Assembly: GCA_025786725.1 (NCBI GenBank)
Contig: JAHLTZ010000022.1
Location: 310,001-374,000, forward strand
Direction: 5' to 3'
DNA from: Syncephalis fuscata S228
Taxonomy: Eukaryota; Fungi; Zoopagomycota
DNA length: 64,000 bases
How positions within the stretch are numbered: position 1 is the stretch's first letter; every line of letters begins with the position of its first letter. The position numbers and the translations under genes are program-made. Below are positions 30,962 to 43,971 of the stretch, piece by piece. The notes beneath the pieces are model-generated. The model did no database searches. It had not been told where the DNA came from and was given only the letters and a program-made list of their open reading frames with translations.

Positions 30962-32791
30962 ATGATAGTAAAACAGACACAACAATTGGCAATTTCTGTA
31001 CTGCTGCTATTTTGCTCAACACAGCATCTTGCCGTGGACAGTGCCAAAACATATAAAAACGATTTTTATTTAAACCCTCATAGCTTACATCCTATATTGG
31101 TTCTAAAATCACTGGCAAACCAATGTATGTAACACCCTATTATGAACCCACTGGTGTTAAAGCATTTCACAACATGAATATCAAAGGAAAAGGCGTGAAG
31201 CTTGGAATTATCGACAGTGGGATAAACTATAATAATCCTGCGTTCAAGAAAAATCGTTACTATTTTAAAAAATTTGTGGAAATTAAAGGTGAAGATTTAT
31301 CTAAATGCAATAGTCATGGCATAAATCTGGCCGGAATTGCCGCTGGGGAAACTGATTATTTTACTGGAGTTGCTCCTGAGGCAACACTTGGCTCTTATCG
31401 CGTATTTGGTTGCAAAGGTCCAACTTCAACTTCGTTGGTGTTGCAAGCCTTAACAACTGCAGTACAATATGATAAAATGGAAATTATTGTATTACCGGAA
31501 ATTGCCATCGTAGATAAATACAGCATTGAACTGAGAGAAACAATAGAAGTTGCTGCGAGACAGGGTGTAATTATGATTGTTGCAGCAACAACTAATAATT
31601 TCATGAATCAGCAATATTTTTCATACCAAGGTCTTTCTGTATTAAGCGTTGGTGGCGCCAGACAAGATTATCGTCCAATGCATTGGTTTGAAGAAAAACA
31701 ACCCGACGTCGTATTGAGTTTATGTCTTCATGTTCAGGCATGAGCTACAACTTTGGTAAGAAATGGACATTATTCCTAGTAGTCATAAAGACACTTTGAA
31801 TGAACGTTTTAACGGATTTAAAAAAGGAAGCATTGCACTTGTTTGGTATGATAGATCAAAAATGCCTGATTTGTTCGAGCGCGCTAAAGCAATAGGAATG
31901 ACTGCGCTTATCATTGTAAACGATGCTACTAGAATGAGACAAAAATGTGATATACCTCTATTCGGTATCAGTGAAAGAGATGCTTTATTTATAATAGAAG
32001 GCTACAAGAATAAGCTTAAATACAAGTATATTTTTGCAGAAAAATATGGCTACATCGAGAATGGCAATGTTACTGTCGATACGGCTGGACCGCAAAACAA
32101 ACCATTCATACCACCTTTCTATCCTGACATATTGGCACCAAGCCATGAAATCTATACAGCTACTATTACGCAAAAACAAAACAAGCCTCATTTCAGCGAT
32201 ATATCTGCCGCTGTTGCCTATGTTGCCGGTGCAGCTGCACTGATGCCGAAGCCAATCAATATAGTCCATTGATATTGAATATATCAAGACTGCATTGCAA
32301 AACAACGCAGTTCCACTCAAAGACACCAGTACAGATTATTATGCTTCCGCCTTATATCAAGGTGCCGGCATGCTTAATCTTAACAAACTAATAGACACTG
32401 AAGCCATCTACGTTTCTCCATCTTCGATTGATGTGGGAGTTACACATGCCAGTGTAGTGAATGTCCCAATCCAGATTTCACCTTTATCTGCTACATTGTT
32501 ATGTATAAACTTTCACATATTCCAACTGCTGCAGTTTTAATGTCGAAACCTATTGGTAATATGTTCTCAAGGCCACCTGTAGCTGCAGTTGTTTCTTATC
32601 CACAATATATTAATTTACAACCAAATCAGATAGATGAGTTCACTATAACAATCAGTATGCCGATGAATATATTAAAGGATGAAATATGGTTATATTCCGG
32701 ATATATTGTCATCGATCCCAATCCAAGAATTAATGGATTACCATCGAACCGTGCTGTTTTTGTTCCGTATTATGGAACAGTCTATGGCTAA
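30962..32791 (+). CDS. Secreted subtilisin-like (S8) protein with PA and Fn3-like regions, intronless, several frameshifts (assembly error or pseudogene)
   Basis: Signal-like N-terminus; GKGVKLGIIDSG, SHGINLAGI, GVAPEATLGSYRVFGC, PDILAP, QGAGM, YSGYIVI spread over several frames. Confidence 0.8.
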
Positions 32792-33950
32792 ACAACTTAG
32801 ATACAGATCATGTTCAATGTTATTTTATTATTCTATTGGCAGTATTTTTTATAATAAACTAACTAGCAGATCATATTAAAGTTGTCCATGGTTCTAGTTA
32901 GCTATAATATTTAACATAGTGTATTTTCTGTCTAATAGATCCAATTTTAAATCGAAGAATCTTGAACCTCTGTTAGAAGCTAAATAAATGTAACAATCGC
33001 ATAAAATGTTGTGCTATTTAACATTATTATACATCTTGTTTTTATTAGCAAATTTATTAACCATTCAATATGATTTGGAAGAAAATAATTACATTCAATA
33101 ATATCCAATCTATTGAACATGATGATGGATAGTGAATGACATCAATCATCAAAATACTCATTATCGTAGATTTATTATCCAATATGCATATATTCATATA
33201 CATATATGTCATTTACGTAGCCTATTCATACCACTATATATTATTCTATTACACATTAAGCATATTTATTTGTTATAAATTTCAACACATTTCACCTAGA
33301 TACATATAAAATATGCATATTATATCTTTATCTTCCTTGATGACAAACTTGTACTTTACAAGTATTTGAATTAGCATTGCTTAAAAACAATAAAGCGCAG
33401 TAGTCGAATGCATCATTGATACATTCGGGCCATCTTAAATAATGTAATTTGTTATCGCCCCTTTTATTAAATTTTTGGAAGATTAAAGATTAAACGACCA
33501 TAGAATAATGTAGCGTTAATTAAACATAATGTACTATAATCGATTTTAAAAGTATATTGTTTTATTTATGTTTGGGTTCGTATAACTAGGCTGCAGCCAT
33601 TGGCAATTGGTGAATATGTAAACAATTGTTTCTTGGATGCCATCTCCATCCACATTCCATTTAAAATAAAACATTTTTATTATATAGTTACATAGATAAC
33701 AAGAACGCATTTTATACTGTTTTACCAATATTAGAAGCTGTGAGCAAGCTAGCAGTATCTAACAACTGATTGCCCCCTTCTATAAAGCATTTACACTCGT
33801 CAGTGGAGCCTTGCACGTTCATCGTAATAAAAAACGTAACAATCTCCTTATAGCTTGTCGAACTATCCGACTATTTCCTTTATTTTCTGCACTTTTGTTA
33901 TCTGCCAGTCTACTAGCATGTATTTGTATTATTCGTCGTTCAATCTATCA

Positions 33951-34691
33951 ATGGCTTCATTGATAATCGGCCTACTTTATTTAATGTCAACGGTTTTGGC
34001 AATACCAATCAATACATCTACATCCATCAAACCACTGGCTGACGCCATACCAACAAAAAACAGTAACACTAACAGCAATAGTCGATTATTTGAATTGAAC
34101 ACTGTATCGACAACAAACAAAAATATCGATCTTCAGTTTATGCATAATCCAGGCGCTCGACCTCCATGGCAATGGAATTTCAATCACTTTGCGGATATCC
34201 TAAATGACAGTGATGTGGACGACGAGGTCAGCTACGATGACGATGACAACGACGAGCTATCATGGCCATCATCACCGCTGTTGCGTCGTCAGGACGAAGA
34301 AGAAAAGCATCTCGAAAACTTTCCTATGCTTACCGCTGACTCAGACGATAGCGAGATAGATCTGCGCCACTATCCACTACAGCGACGTGCCCTGTTCCGC
34401 TGGTATCCAATGACCAACCGAAATCTTTTTATTCACCATCACTCTCAGCAGTCCGACAAGGATAGTCAAGCATCGAACCAAATAAAACGCTTATCGCATG
34501 CTAACCAATATTATCGCAATATCAGCCCATACCGTAGAAATACAGATCCACACGATGAAGAAGATATTGTCGAAATGGTAGATGCATCGCCTGTGCCAAC
34601 TACGGCCGAGGTTCATTTAACTCGACGATCAGGTGGTACACAAAGATTTCTTCTTGGTAATACTCCAAGTCAGTCTTTGGCATTATCATAA
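33951..34691 (+). CDS. Secreted orphan precursor with multiple dibasic (RR/KR) sites and acidic spacers
   Basis: Signal peptide MASLIIGLLYLMSTVLA-IP; single exon of ~246 aa; TATAAA at 33781. Confidence 0.65.
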   Translation: MASLIIGLLYLMSTVLAIPINTSTSIKPLADAIPTKNSNTNSNSRLFELNTVSTTNKNIDLQFMHNPGARPPWQWNFNHFADILNDSDVDDEVSYDDDDNDELSWPSSPLLRRQDEEEKHLENFPMLTADSDDSEIDLRHYPLQRRALFRWYPMTNRNLFIHHHSQQSDKDSQASNQIKRLSHANQYYRNISPYRRNTDPHDEEDIVEMVDASPVPTTAEVHLTRRSGGTQRFLLGNTPSQSLALS

Positions 34692-34823
34692 ACAAAGTTA
34701 CATTTTTTTATAATAATAAAAATAAAAAATAACAAAATAACAAAAGCTTTAATATAAATAATGTACTAATTTAAATGAGTCTAGAATTCTCAATGACTCA
34801 TACAATGTTTAGTGTTATACTAT

Positions 34824-37800
34824 TTAGACAGTAGGCGTTGCGGGCTGTTTTGGTTCTTGCTTACTAGATACTGAACGTTTGGCCAAAACATCTTTCAAAA
34901 AGTGGCGGACTTCCTTGTGAGCTGATGCACGTAAACGAAGCACGCGAAGAATGCAGTCTTGTTGATCGGCACCACCTTCAACCTTCTTTTTAGCCAGCTG
35001 TTTAATCGTGCCTAGATTGCGTCGAGCAATAAGACTTTTGTTACGACGGGTATTGGAGCTATTGGTTTCTGCATGGGCTGCCACTGCTTGCTCATAGCGC
35101 TCAATTAGCGTCTCATTAGGAAGTGTATAGACTTCTCGAATGAACATAAAGGTGTGATACTTGGGGATCTCCCGTGTAGGCAATCCCACTCCATTATTAT
35201 TGTTATCGTCGCCGCGGAAACAAGCTTTAAGCGACTAAAATACAATTAAATAAGTATAAAATAATGTTAAAAAATGCCACCTACATCAAAGCACGTGTAG
35301 ATCATATCTAGCTCAATGGCGCCTAGTGATTTCATATTGGTGGGCAGATCGGAAAGTGGAGGTATCATAAGATTTTCCAAGCTTTGTAATATTTCTTTCC
35401 AGATTTTAACAAATACAACCGAGGATACTTCAGGTCGCAAATAGTTGGACATTGCAAATAAATTTCTTTCCAAATAGCTTATTAAAGATGACAATGTGGC
35501 ATCATTGTCGCTTTCACCGATAGCTGAATTGCGTCGATTAGTAGCTCCATTTTTGAAGATCGACGTCACTTGTTGAAGTGTACCACTGTTACGCATTGAT
35601 CGGAAAAAAACTTTTTTGACAAGCAGTAGCGCACATAGCCGGATATCTACTCGTTTGTTAGTAATTACTAATACTATCTTACTGTTTTTCGTAATACTTA
35701 CTTCATCAACAATCATACGCGACATATCAGCTTGAGTGCGCTTTAGTGTTCGAAAGGCTTTGCCGAAATGGAAGCGAATATCATCCTTTTCTCCTTCCAT
35801 GCTTACTCGTAATAATAACCGACCTTGTGGTTTCAAGTTTAGCCAGATATCATGCGCAAAGTAGTCGTGGAATAGTGAAGGCTGCAATCGGAAAATGGCC
35901 TCACCACATACTTTGTTGCGATGCATTAGTATAGCGTTTACTTCTACCGCAACTGAAAGTGAAAATGTAAATGAAGCATCCCAGCTAGGATCCAATGTAT
36001 GAAATATTGTTCGTGTACGTGCCATCTGGACTGTACCCGATTGTAGAATGGCATAAATTCCCTGTTGCGAGGCTAGATCACCGCCGGCCAAATCTTCTGC
36101 CAAAACTATCTTTACATTATAAATATAATTCTGAGTAGTTGTTGGCGAGTCGGCGGATGGTGGTTTGGAGCGTAAACTTTGTTCCATAATACAGCTAACT
36201 TCATCTACATCCAAATCGTAATAAAGATCATTTAATTTTTGTCGAACCGCTTCGATATTGCTCAAACAAATGCACGACTAGTGTTGAAAATAAGCATAAA
36301 TAATAATTGAATTTGTTACATACCTCAACAGCTACATCCATAGGTTGCGGTACAGACAAAGAATTTCGTTGACGAGTACCAGTTCCAAACCATCCTTGTT
36401 TAGGAGATACTGCTACGGCTGTTTCATCAATTTGATCGCCATTCATATATTTCTCTAATTCAATACAGTAAAGCTCGACAGCATTACCAAGTATCTAATT
36501 AATGCAATACTTTGTAAGTAAGCAACATTAATCATTCATTACAGCTAACTTGCCTTGGATAGCCGAGTGGCATATATAGCATGCTCTTCTTCTTTTGGCC
36601 ATTGCATAGATAGTATAAACTGTGTTGCGTTTTTTAATACGTCAAATAGCTCTAGAACCGAAGAAGAATGTCTAATTTCAGAAGATAAAGGCTGAAACTG
36701 AAATGAAATTAGTAAATATTAATTACAAATTAATACAATTCTACTAACAGTATCTTTAGCCACGGCTTTCGTTACAATGTTCGGTATTGAATCAGCCAGT
36801 TGATTTAGCCATTTTTCGACAAATCCACCAAACCATCGACTTGATTCAAATTCTGATAGGCTAATTTTACATTAGCAAGTTTGTCTAATTATTAACACTT
36901 ACATTGTATATTTCTTTAATACAATATCCTTTAGTGCTTTCAATGAAAAGTAAAGTGGATATACAGAATCCAACGTACAAATAGCATTATTCAACATTTC
37001 CATGACCCATTGATCCATTTTAGCTGTTAAATGAGATATATAAACCATTAAGAATGTTGCAACTACATCAATACTAGTTGGATATATTAGCTATTATGTT
37101 GCTTTTTTACAATAGCTTACTCAAATAAAAATATAGGAAACCGAGTCTGTAAATCTAACCAATCTTGTTGTATAACAGTTACTAAACGCATTAATTGCTC
37201 AATATCCAATTGATCATCAGTAATTTGCAACTGTAAATTAGTAATGCGATTCCATCGAGCTTCTGCTGCACTCTATCAATTATTTTATGATTAGATATGC
37301 ATTTTCAGCAAACCATTACCTACCTTAACTAAAGGAAGAATACGCAGATGCTCTATTCTAAATGATTCATCCAAATGAATTTGCTCTAAAAGTGTAATAA
37401 CCTCTTGTTCCGCCTTCTTTTGAACAACCATATCTTGTAGTCGATCTTCCAATCGATGGTGTAGCAATTGATTTAAGCGCACAAGTGCTTTGTAAAAATA
37501 TCGTTTCTGGCACTATGTTTAATAGGTTATTATTATGTAATAATCCACTTACATCGCTCAACAGTGGTCCAGCCGCCATTGTAGATTTGAAACCTTTGTT
37601 AATTGCTTCTAGTGTGGTTTGCACATGTTGCAAATCCACCAATCCTTTCGACAAATAATCACACAAGCAATCCAATAGTCTAATAAAGGCATTAATATTA
37701 CAGCTTAATACAAACAATACTCTTACATAATATCTCGTGTTAATGCGCCAATACGCCAGCGAATAGCAATTTCTCTTAATAATTTCATTGATATTGGTGC

Positions 37801-39405
37801 CAATAAAGAATTATTGTCTTTTAAGCGCTTGTATTCCCGAATCTCATGGCTTAGACACGCTTGCAATACCGTTTTAAAACATTCGCGCGGGTGTTCTGGA
37901 ATACATACGTAATGGGGATGACGTGGGTCCTAATTACAATTTATACATAAATAAATATATGTATAGGTATGCAATTACTAATTTGTAACTATATGTTTAC
38001 CTCATTTTTGCCATAATATACTGAACCATATTGGCATCTTACTTGATTGCCATTTGAGTTGGATGGTGTTGTTTCTGATAATAGTCCAGGATTAGCTGTA
38101 AGCGTATAAGCAATAAGTTGATTCAACTGTTGTTCCTCGCCCTGTTGCCACACTGAATAGGCCTCAGAGTCAGCAAAATCGTCCTGCTGCACAGTTGGAT
38201 GCACGTTAAACGCCAAAGCTGCTAGACATCGCTGGTAATCTTCTACACCACTCTGAATTCATAATTTAATAAGATAATTGCTATCATTTCGTATAAGTTA
38301 CCTTAGGTGTACAGGTAAGCTGCAGCTCCCTTACAGATAAATCATTCTCTAGTGAATCGACTTGAAAAACTCGATGCGTCCATTCAACTAGGCCATCAGT
38401 ATCACACAGTGTTTGTCTATAGTTGCCATAAGGCGAAGGAGGAAGAATTTCTACTTTTCCAAATGATTCGGAATACGGCCTAACGATTCGACTTGGCTTA
38501 CGGCGTGCAGTCTGCGCTTTATTGGCCGTTACCTGAGCAGTACGTTGTACATAATCTGTATATGCATTAAACTGGTCGATGGCAATAAGAATTTCTGGCG
38601 ATGATACACACTGATAGCGCAAGCAATCGACCGCTTCATCGCGTAAAACGCGAATAAACTTATATGGATTTTCAATGGCTGGTTGACCGCAATAGATCAA
38701 GAATTCTGTGCCAAGAAATGCCACTGTGCTGCATTGCTGCATGCGATCCTTGAATGCACGCTGTTTCATCACATTGACCACGAATTTTGCAAGCTGTTCT
38801 ATAATAACCGGTTCGGATGTACTTAGTGGTGCGGCTTTTTTATCGGCTACTTTGGCCAAACGGGCCCGAAATCTTCGCAAAAATGCTTTGATAAGCGGTT
38901 TGGTGGGATCTCCACCAGGAATATCGACCCGTTGTGCAGGTTGCTGTGCCTGATCATGAGAATCGGCTTCACCGGAAGCAGTGGCCGGTAATGGTAATAC
39001 TGGAGAAGTATACGAGCCGTCGTAAGATGCTCGTTTTTCATCAAGTACAGGCGATGATTTTGAAATTGGCGGCTGTTGTGAATTACGCAGTGATGAAAAA
39101 GGCAGCGCAACCAACGATTTGGAAAGCGAACTTGGCCGCACTTCACTACTTATAGACAGGCCAAGTCGCTTCGAAAAATGTCTTAACTTCAGTTTGGATT
39201 GTATTGATGTACTATGGGTTCCACGAGACGCGGCGGGTGTTTGTGCGGGTGCTGCTGCTAATAATGCACAGCGTAAAGCTGCCCGGTAGGCTACCTCCGT
39301 TGTTACTCGTACTGGAGGTTCAGGTAAGGCACGATAGCCAGTCGGCACCTGATACGAATCCACTCTAGAGTGGCTGGATAGCGTTGAAACGCCAGGTTGC
39401 TGCAT
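34824..39405 (-). CDS. Munc13-homology (MUN)/C2 domain protein (YOR296W/Git1-like)
   Basis: YVCIPEHPRECF, C2 domain (NVKIVLAEDL...RTRTIFHTLDPSWD), WLNLKPQGRLLLRVSMEGEKDDIRFHFGKAFRTLKR, ILRVLRLR. Confidence 0.85.
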
Positions 39406-40789
39406 ATTAGTACTAAAGTAAATAAGTCGATGCCTGTGGTTGTAATGAATGCAATGAAAGAAATAGAAGTTGGCGAGTGAATAAGAATGGAAAGCTACTG
39501 GGTGCGAAAAAAAGGGAACGTGTGGATATTCCCTATATACACATGCAATGTGTGACCGCAAATTATGCCCCAACTTAGCAAGGGCGTAGATTTTACGGCT
39601 TAAATAAGTGTTCTCGATTGATAATACAAGTTTGGATAGTAAGAACGTTTCATTTTTATGGTGAATATACTGCTAGCATGTTTTATAATAACAGAAATTG
39701 TTTTTAATTGATCTTTTAATATACTGAATATATATTCTATGATAATGAGTGTTTTTTGAGTGTAAATAACTTTTATTTTTAGTGTATTTATTCATTTACT
39801 ATCAATATGTTCTATGATGTACCAACATGTTGGGTAGATTGACTTTTATTATTTACACCATTTATTAATCAATTAAACTCGACTGTTTATAAATATTGAC
39901 TGACAGGCTCACATCTCACAATCTACGTCATCGCATTTCCTTTCTCTTTCTTTACACTTGATAGCATATATCCATAGTATTATTGTACACTCTATATATG
40001 CTAACTAGACAGTGTCAGTAGTGACTGCTACTAGTATGTACAAACACTATTTAACATGCCTTGCATTGCTCTTTGTAACTGGCCTTTTTACAAATCACCA
40101 TTACTTCGATCATTGGTATTGGCAGCTTATTTGACACGGTATGTACATTTCTGGCTTGTTTATATGTTATGTTGAGCATATGCTGTAGAAACTTGTTGTA
40201 TGCTTTGTTTTGCTATTGAGCACAATTGCAGATCGCATTGCTGTATTGGCGCTAAACAAGTCTTCAGCGACCATACTTGAAATGCAGCCTACCGCTGTTT
40301 TTAAAATTATCTCCAGTGGCAATCTATAGCAAACCAAAGTATACAACGGATTTGGCAACATATAGTCACTACATTCATTATGTACAATTTCCAATATGAT
40401 AGCTGTGGTATTTATATTTGTTATCACTTTTTTACAAATAAAATGATATATATATTGGTGTTAGTATATAACTTGATGATATATGCATATTGGATAGTAA
40501 ATTTATGACAATAAATCTATGATAACTGACGTCATTCACCAATCAACTCTATTTTTAATAAAACAACTGTTTAGTTTAGCTACTTAAATAGTATTAAGTA
40601 TAATCATTGAAATACCAATATTATTGATATCATGTTATCATTTTAACTAAAACTGTTACATATTTAATTTCTTTTTTTGTTTTATTAATAATCTTACAGC
40701 TATTCTAACATATCTCACAATCAAAAGTATCTATTTTACTCATGTTTATTCAGCTTATGCCTTTAGTTCCATCTAATCAAATGGCCAAA

Positions 40790-41260
40790 TTGTATTTGAC
40801 TCCTACATTATGAGTTCTTAAAGTAAAATTCGTTTAAATTAAAGTCATGTCGTTGTTATGCACAACAAACATAGTTATATTACTTATTAAAATACTGTGA
40901 ATAAATTGATTTCAATAAACAATGTAACATACTATTTGGTTTCTTTGGAATAGTTGAGACCGATCATTGTTGTTGTTGGTTATGTGTAGAAAGACTGATA
41001 GAATATTAATAAAAGCCATATCATTGTGATTCTATGTCATTTCGTCTTTGTTGGTATTGCATCTACGTACAGCATGAATTATTACATTTGAATGGTCTAT
41101 TCTATTTTCTAATTTTCTACTATTGCATTTTAAGCATATCTGTAATGTAAACTCAGTATTAATATAATTATTATAAATGTCGTTTATTAAACAACCACCT
41201 TTCCTATAGCCAATCTGACTAAATAAATGGCATTTTGAACAATTAATATCATAATAACCA
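40790..41260 (-). repeat. Copy of the AT-rich dispersed repeat
   Basis: Reverse complement matches 18500-18740 and 52020-52290; close direct match to 46370-46760. Confidence 0.75.
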
Positions 41261-41343
41261 ATCAGTTAAATAAAAATAATTAACATTTATAACCATTTAT
41301 TTATCTACATTGAATATAATAACACTATTACTATCGCTATTCT

Positions 41344-42410
41344 CTATCGTTTCCAGTTAGATATTAGCCACATAACAGTCGTAGCAAGTGCTGCTGTAAC
41401 GGCACCCCAAGTTAATCCCCACTGTAGAATATACCATCCAGCACCTTCACTTGCTTCGCTTAAAACTTTGGCATTATTTGCAAAAATACAATTGGCCTCA
41501 TCGATAACAGCATCAATCTCGGATTCGGTTAGTTCTAGATCATCTAGACGACGCTTTAACTCCACGCGAAGCTTCTTGCGCTGAATAGGACGTTCTTGTC
41601 GCCAATCTTCAGTATCTTCCGTTGTAATATTTGCAGGATAAAAGTCAAATATTTGTTGACCATTAAGTATAAGTTCTGAATGAAGAATAGAATGAGGTAA
41701 TTCTGGCTTTAATTCGTCTGAAGGTTCAAAAAATAATAGGTGTTTAATTAAACGAGATCGAAGGATTTGCCCACCTGCTGTAATAGCCGAATACCTAAGT
41801 AAAAATTAACAAATAATTTATCTAAATTCAACTGTTTATCCACTTACATTGTGTAAGCATACGCTAATAATCTAATGGGATCATTTGCTGCTGTATCGGC
41901 AATATGAATCTAACATTAAATGATTAAATATTATTATATTACCATCAAAAAGTAACGCACCTTATAAACCTTGGCTGCTGGGCTCATGCTTTCCCCGGCC
42001 AGTTTAAGTGCTTGTCTAGCAACCTCAACTTCAGTCGATTGTGTCTTAGATGATGTCGTATTAGATTGTAATAAAGACTGAGCATCTTCTTTATAATAAA
42101 ACTCTATATCGGCTTCAAACGACGCTGTTCGAGCCAACTCTGGCATCCAAACATCCGCTAGTAGCTTTTGTACACGAGCTAAATTATTATCTTTATTAAT
42201 CTTGGCATGATTAGTTTGCAGTATAGTTTGCCAGGCTTCTTCAAATGATTGATAAACGGCCCAGAAATCACGTAAAAGCTTGCGATAAAGACGGGCATCT
42301 CGTAGTGCCGTCACCGAGCGTATTTGTGCTAGCTTATCTGTCTTCGCATGCCCCGATTTTGTGGCTTCAAGGATTCGAGCGGTTAAACGCTGTGATTCTT
42401 GAGTCGACAT
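41344..42410 (-). CDS. Heme oxygenase-like protein with C-terminal membrane anchor
   Basis: ATKSGHAKTD (proximal His), ELARTASFEADIEFY, LAYAYTM|YSAITAGGQI, DEANCIFANN, hydrophobic tail. Confidence 0.8.
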
Positions 42411-42526
42411 TTTAGAAAGTGAATACGTAAACACAGAAAAGTAGATAGAAATTGCTGACCGTTTCTCATTACAAACTACGCTTTATTTCATTTCTACCGC
42501 TTTTAAATACCAAGTTATAATTCAAG

Positions 42527-43902
42527 ATGAAAAGACTCAACCAACTTAAAAGCCGTAAACTATTATTAACATTACTACTTAGTGTTGTAGTCTTACTTTG
42601 TATTGCTACAACAAACACTTTCAATACCAATTCTTTGTTTGTTCTTGCTAAAGACGACTTGAAAAGTGACGCGCCTAGTCATAGTCATGTAGACCATCAT
42701 AAACACAACCACGACCATAACATGAACATAAACATGAACACGACCATGAACATGGACATGACCACAGCCATGAGCATAGCCATGAACATAGCCATGATCA
42801 TATCCATCAACATGATCATAGACATACTAGTTCACCTAGTCAGCTCGCCATTCTACATGCCTTCTTTCCAAAAGATCCAGCTTATGCAGCTTTAACTGCT
42901 ACTGCTTATGTATCATTGGCCCCCATTGCCGTTTTGCTGTTTATTCCCAATGAGACTAGTGAAGCGACACTTAATATATTAGTGTCGTTTGCTGTGGGTA
43001 GTTTATTAGGCGACGTGTTTTTACATTTATTGCCACATGCATTTGCGCCCCATTCACATGAACACGAACATGAACACGAACATGAACACAGCCATGAACA
43101 TGGACATAAGCACGAACATAGCCATGACAACCATGATCATGATCATACACGTGGTTTATACATTGGTCTAGCTGTTCTAGGTGGATTTATGACATTCTTT
43201 AGTATTGATCGTGGTATGCGTCTACTTAGTGGTTCATCAGAAGGTGGTCATAGTCATAGTCATCATCATTCTTCTGAAGATGAAAAAAGCCAAGGTCATA
43301 GTTCAGCTGTGGCTTCAAGCGATAATAACAATAATAGCACAGGACGTAAACGTAAATCAAATAAATCGACATCAGCCAATGGATCATCAACTAACAGTGA
43401 AGTGTCAAAAAACACAGCTGCTTCATTTTCATTACAATTAAGCGCATATCTTAATCTACTTGCTGATGCTACACACAATTTTACTGATGGATTGGCTATG
43501 GCAGCAGCATTCTACGCTTCTCGTTCACTTGGGTTACAACAGCAGTAGCCTGCTTTTTCCATGAAATCCCACATGAAATTGGTGATTATGCTATTCTGTT
43601 GCGTAGTGGATTTGGTAGATTCCGTGCGGCCGCTGCACAAGCTATTACTGCTCTTGGGCATTTGCCGGCACTGCTGTTGGTATTTGGCTAAAGTCGGGTG
43701 CACATCATGATAATGCCGCTAAAGAAACGATGTTGACTTGGTTATGCCATTCACAGCCGGTGGATTTATCTACGTGGCAACAGTAGGTGTGGTACCGGAG
43801 TTACTAGCTGCACGCGGAGTTACACTTCGACACTCTATAATGCAAGTCATTGCCATGTCGATTGGCGTAGCATTAATGACACTAATTGCTCTTAACGAAT
43901 AG
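42527..43902 (+). CDS. YKE4: His-rich ZIP zinc transporter (ZIP7/Yke4 type), several apparent frameshifts
   Basis: [62 protein letters not shown]; HE/HD repeats. Confidence 0.88.
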
Positions 43903-43971
43903 TTGGTTATCATTACATGTGTCTATAGACACCAATAAACCATTTTAAATAGTAGCAATTTATTTATAAAT

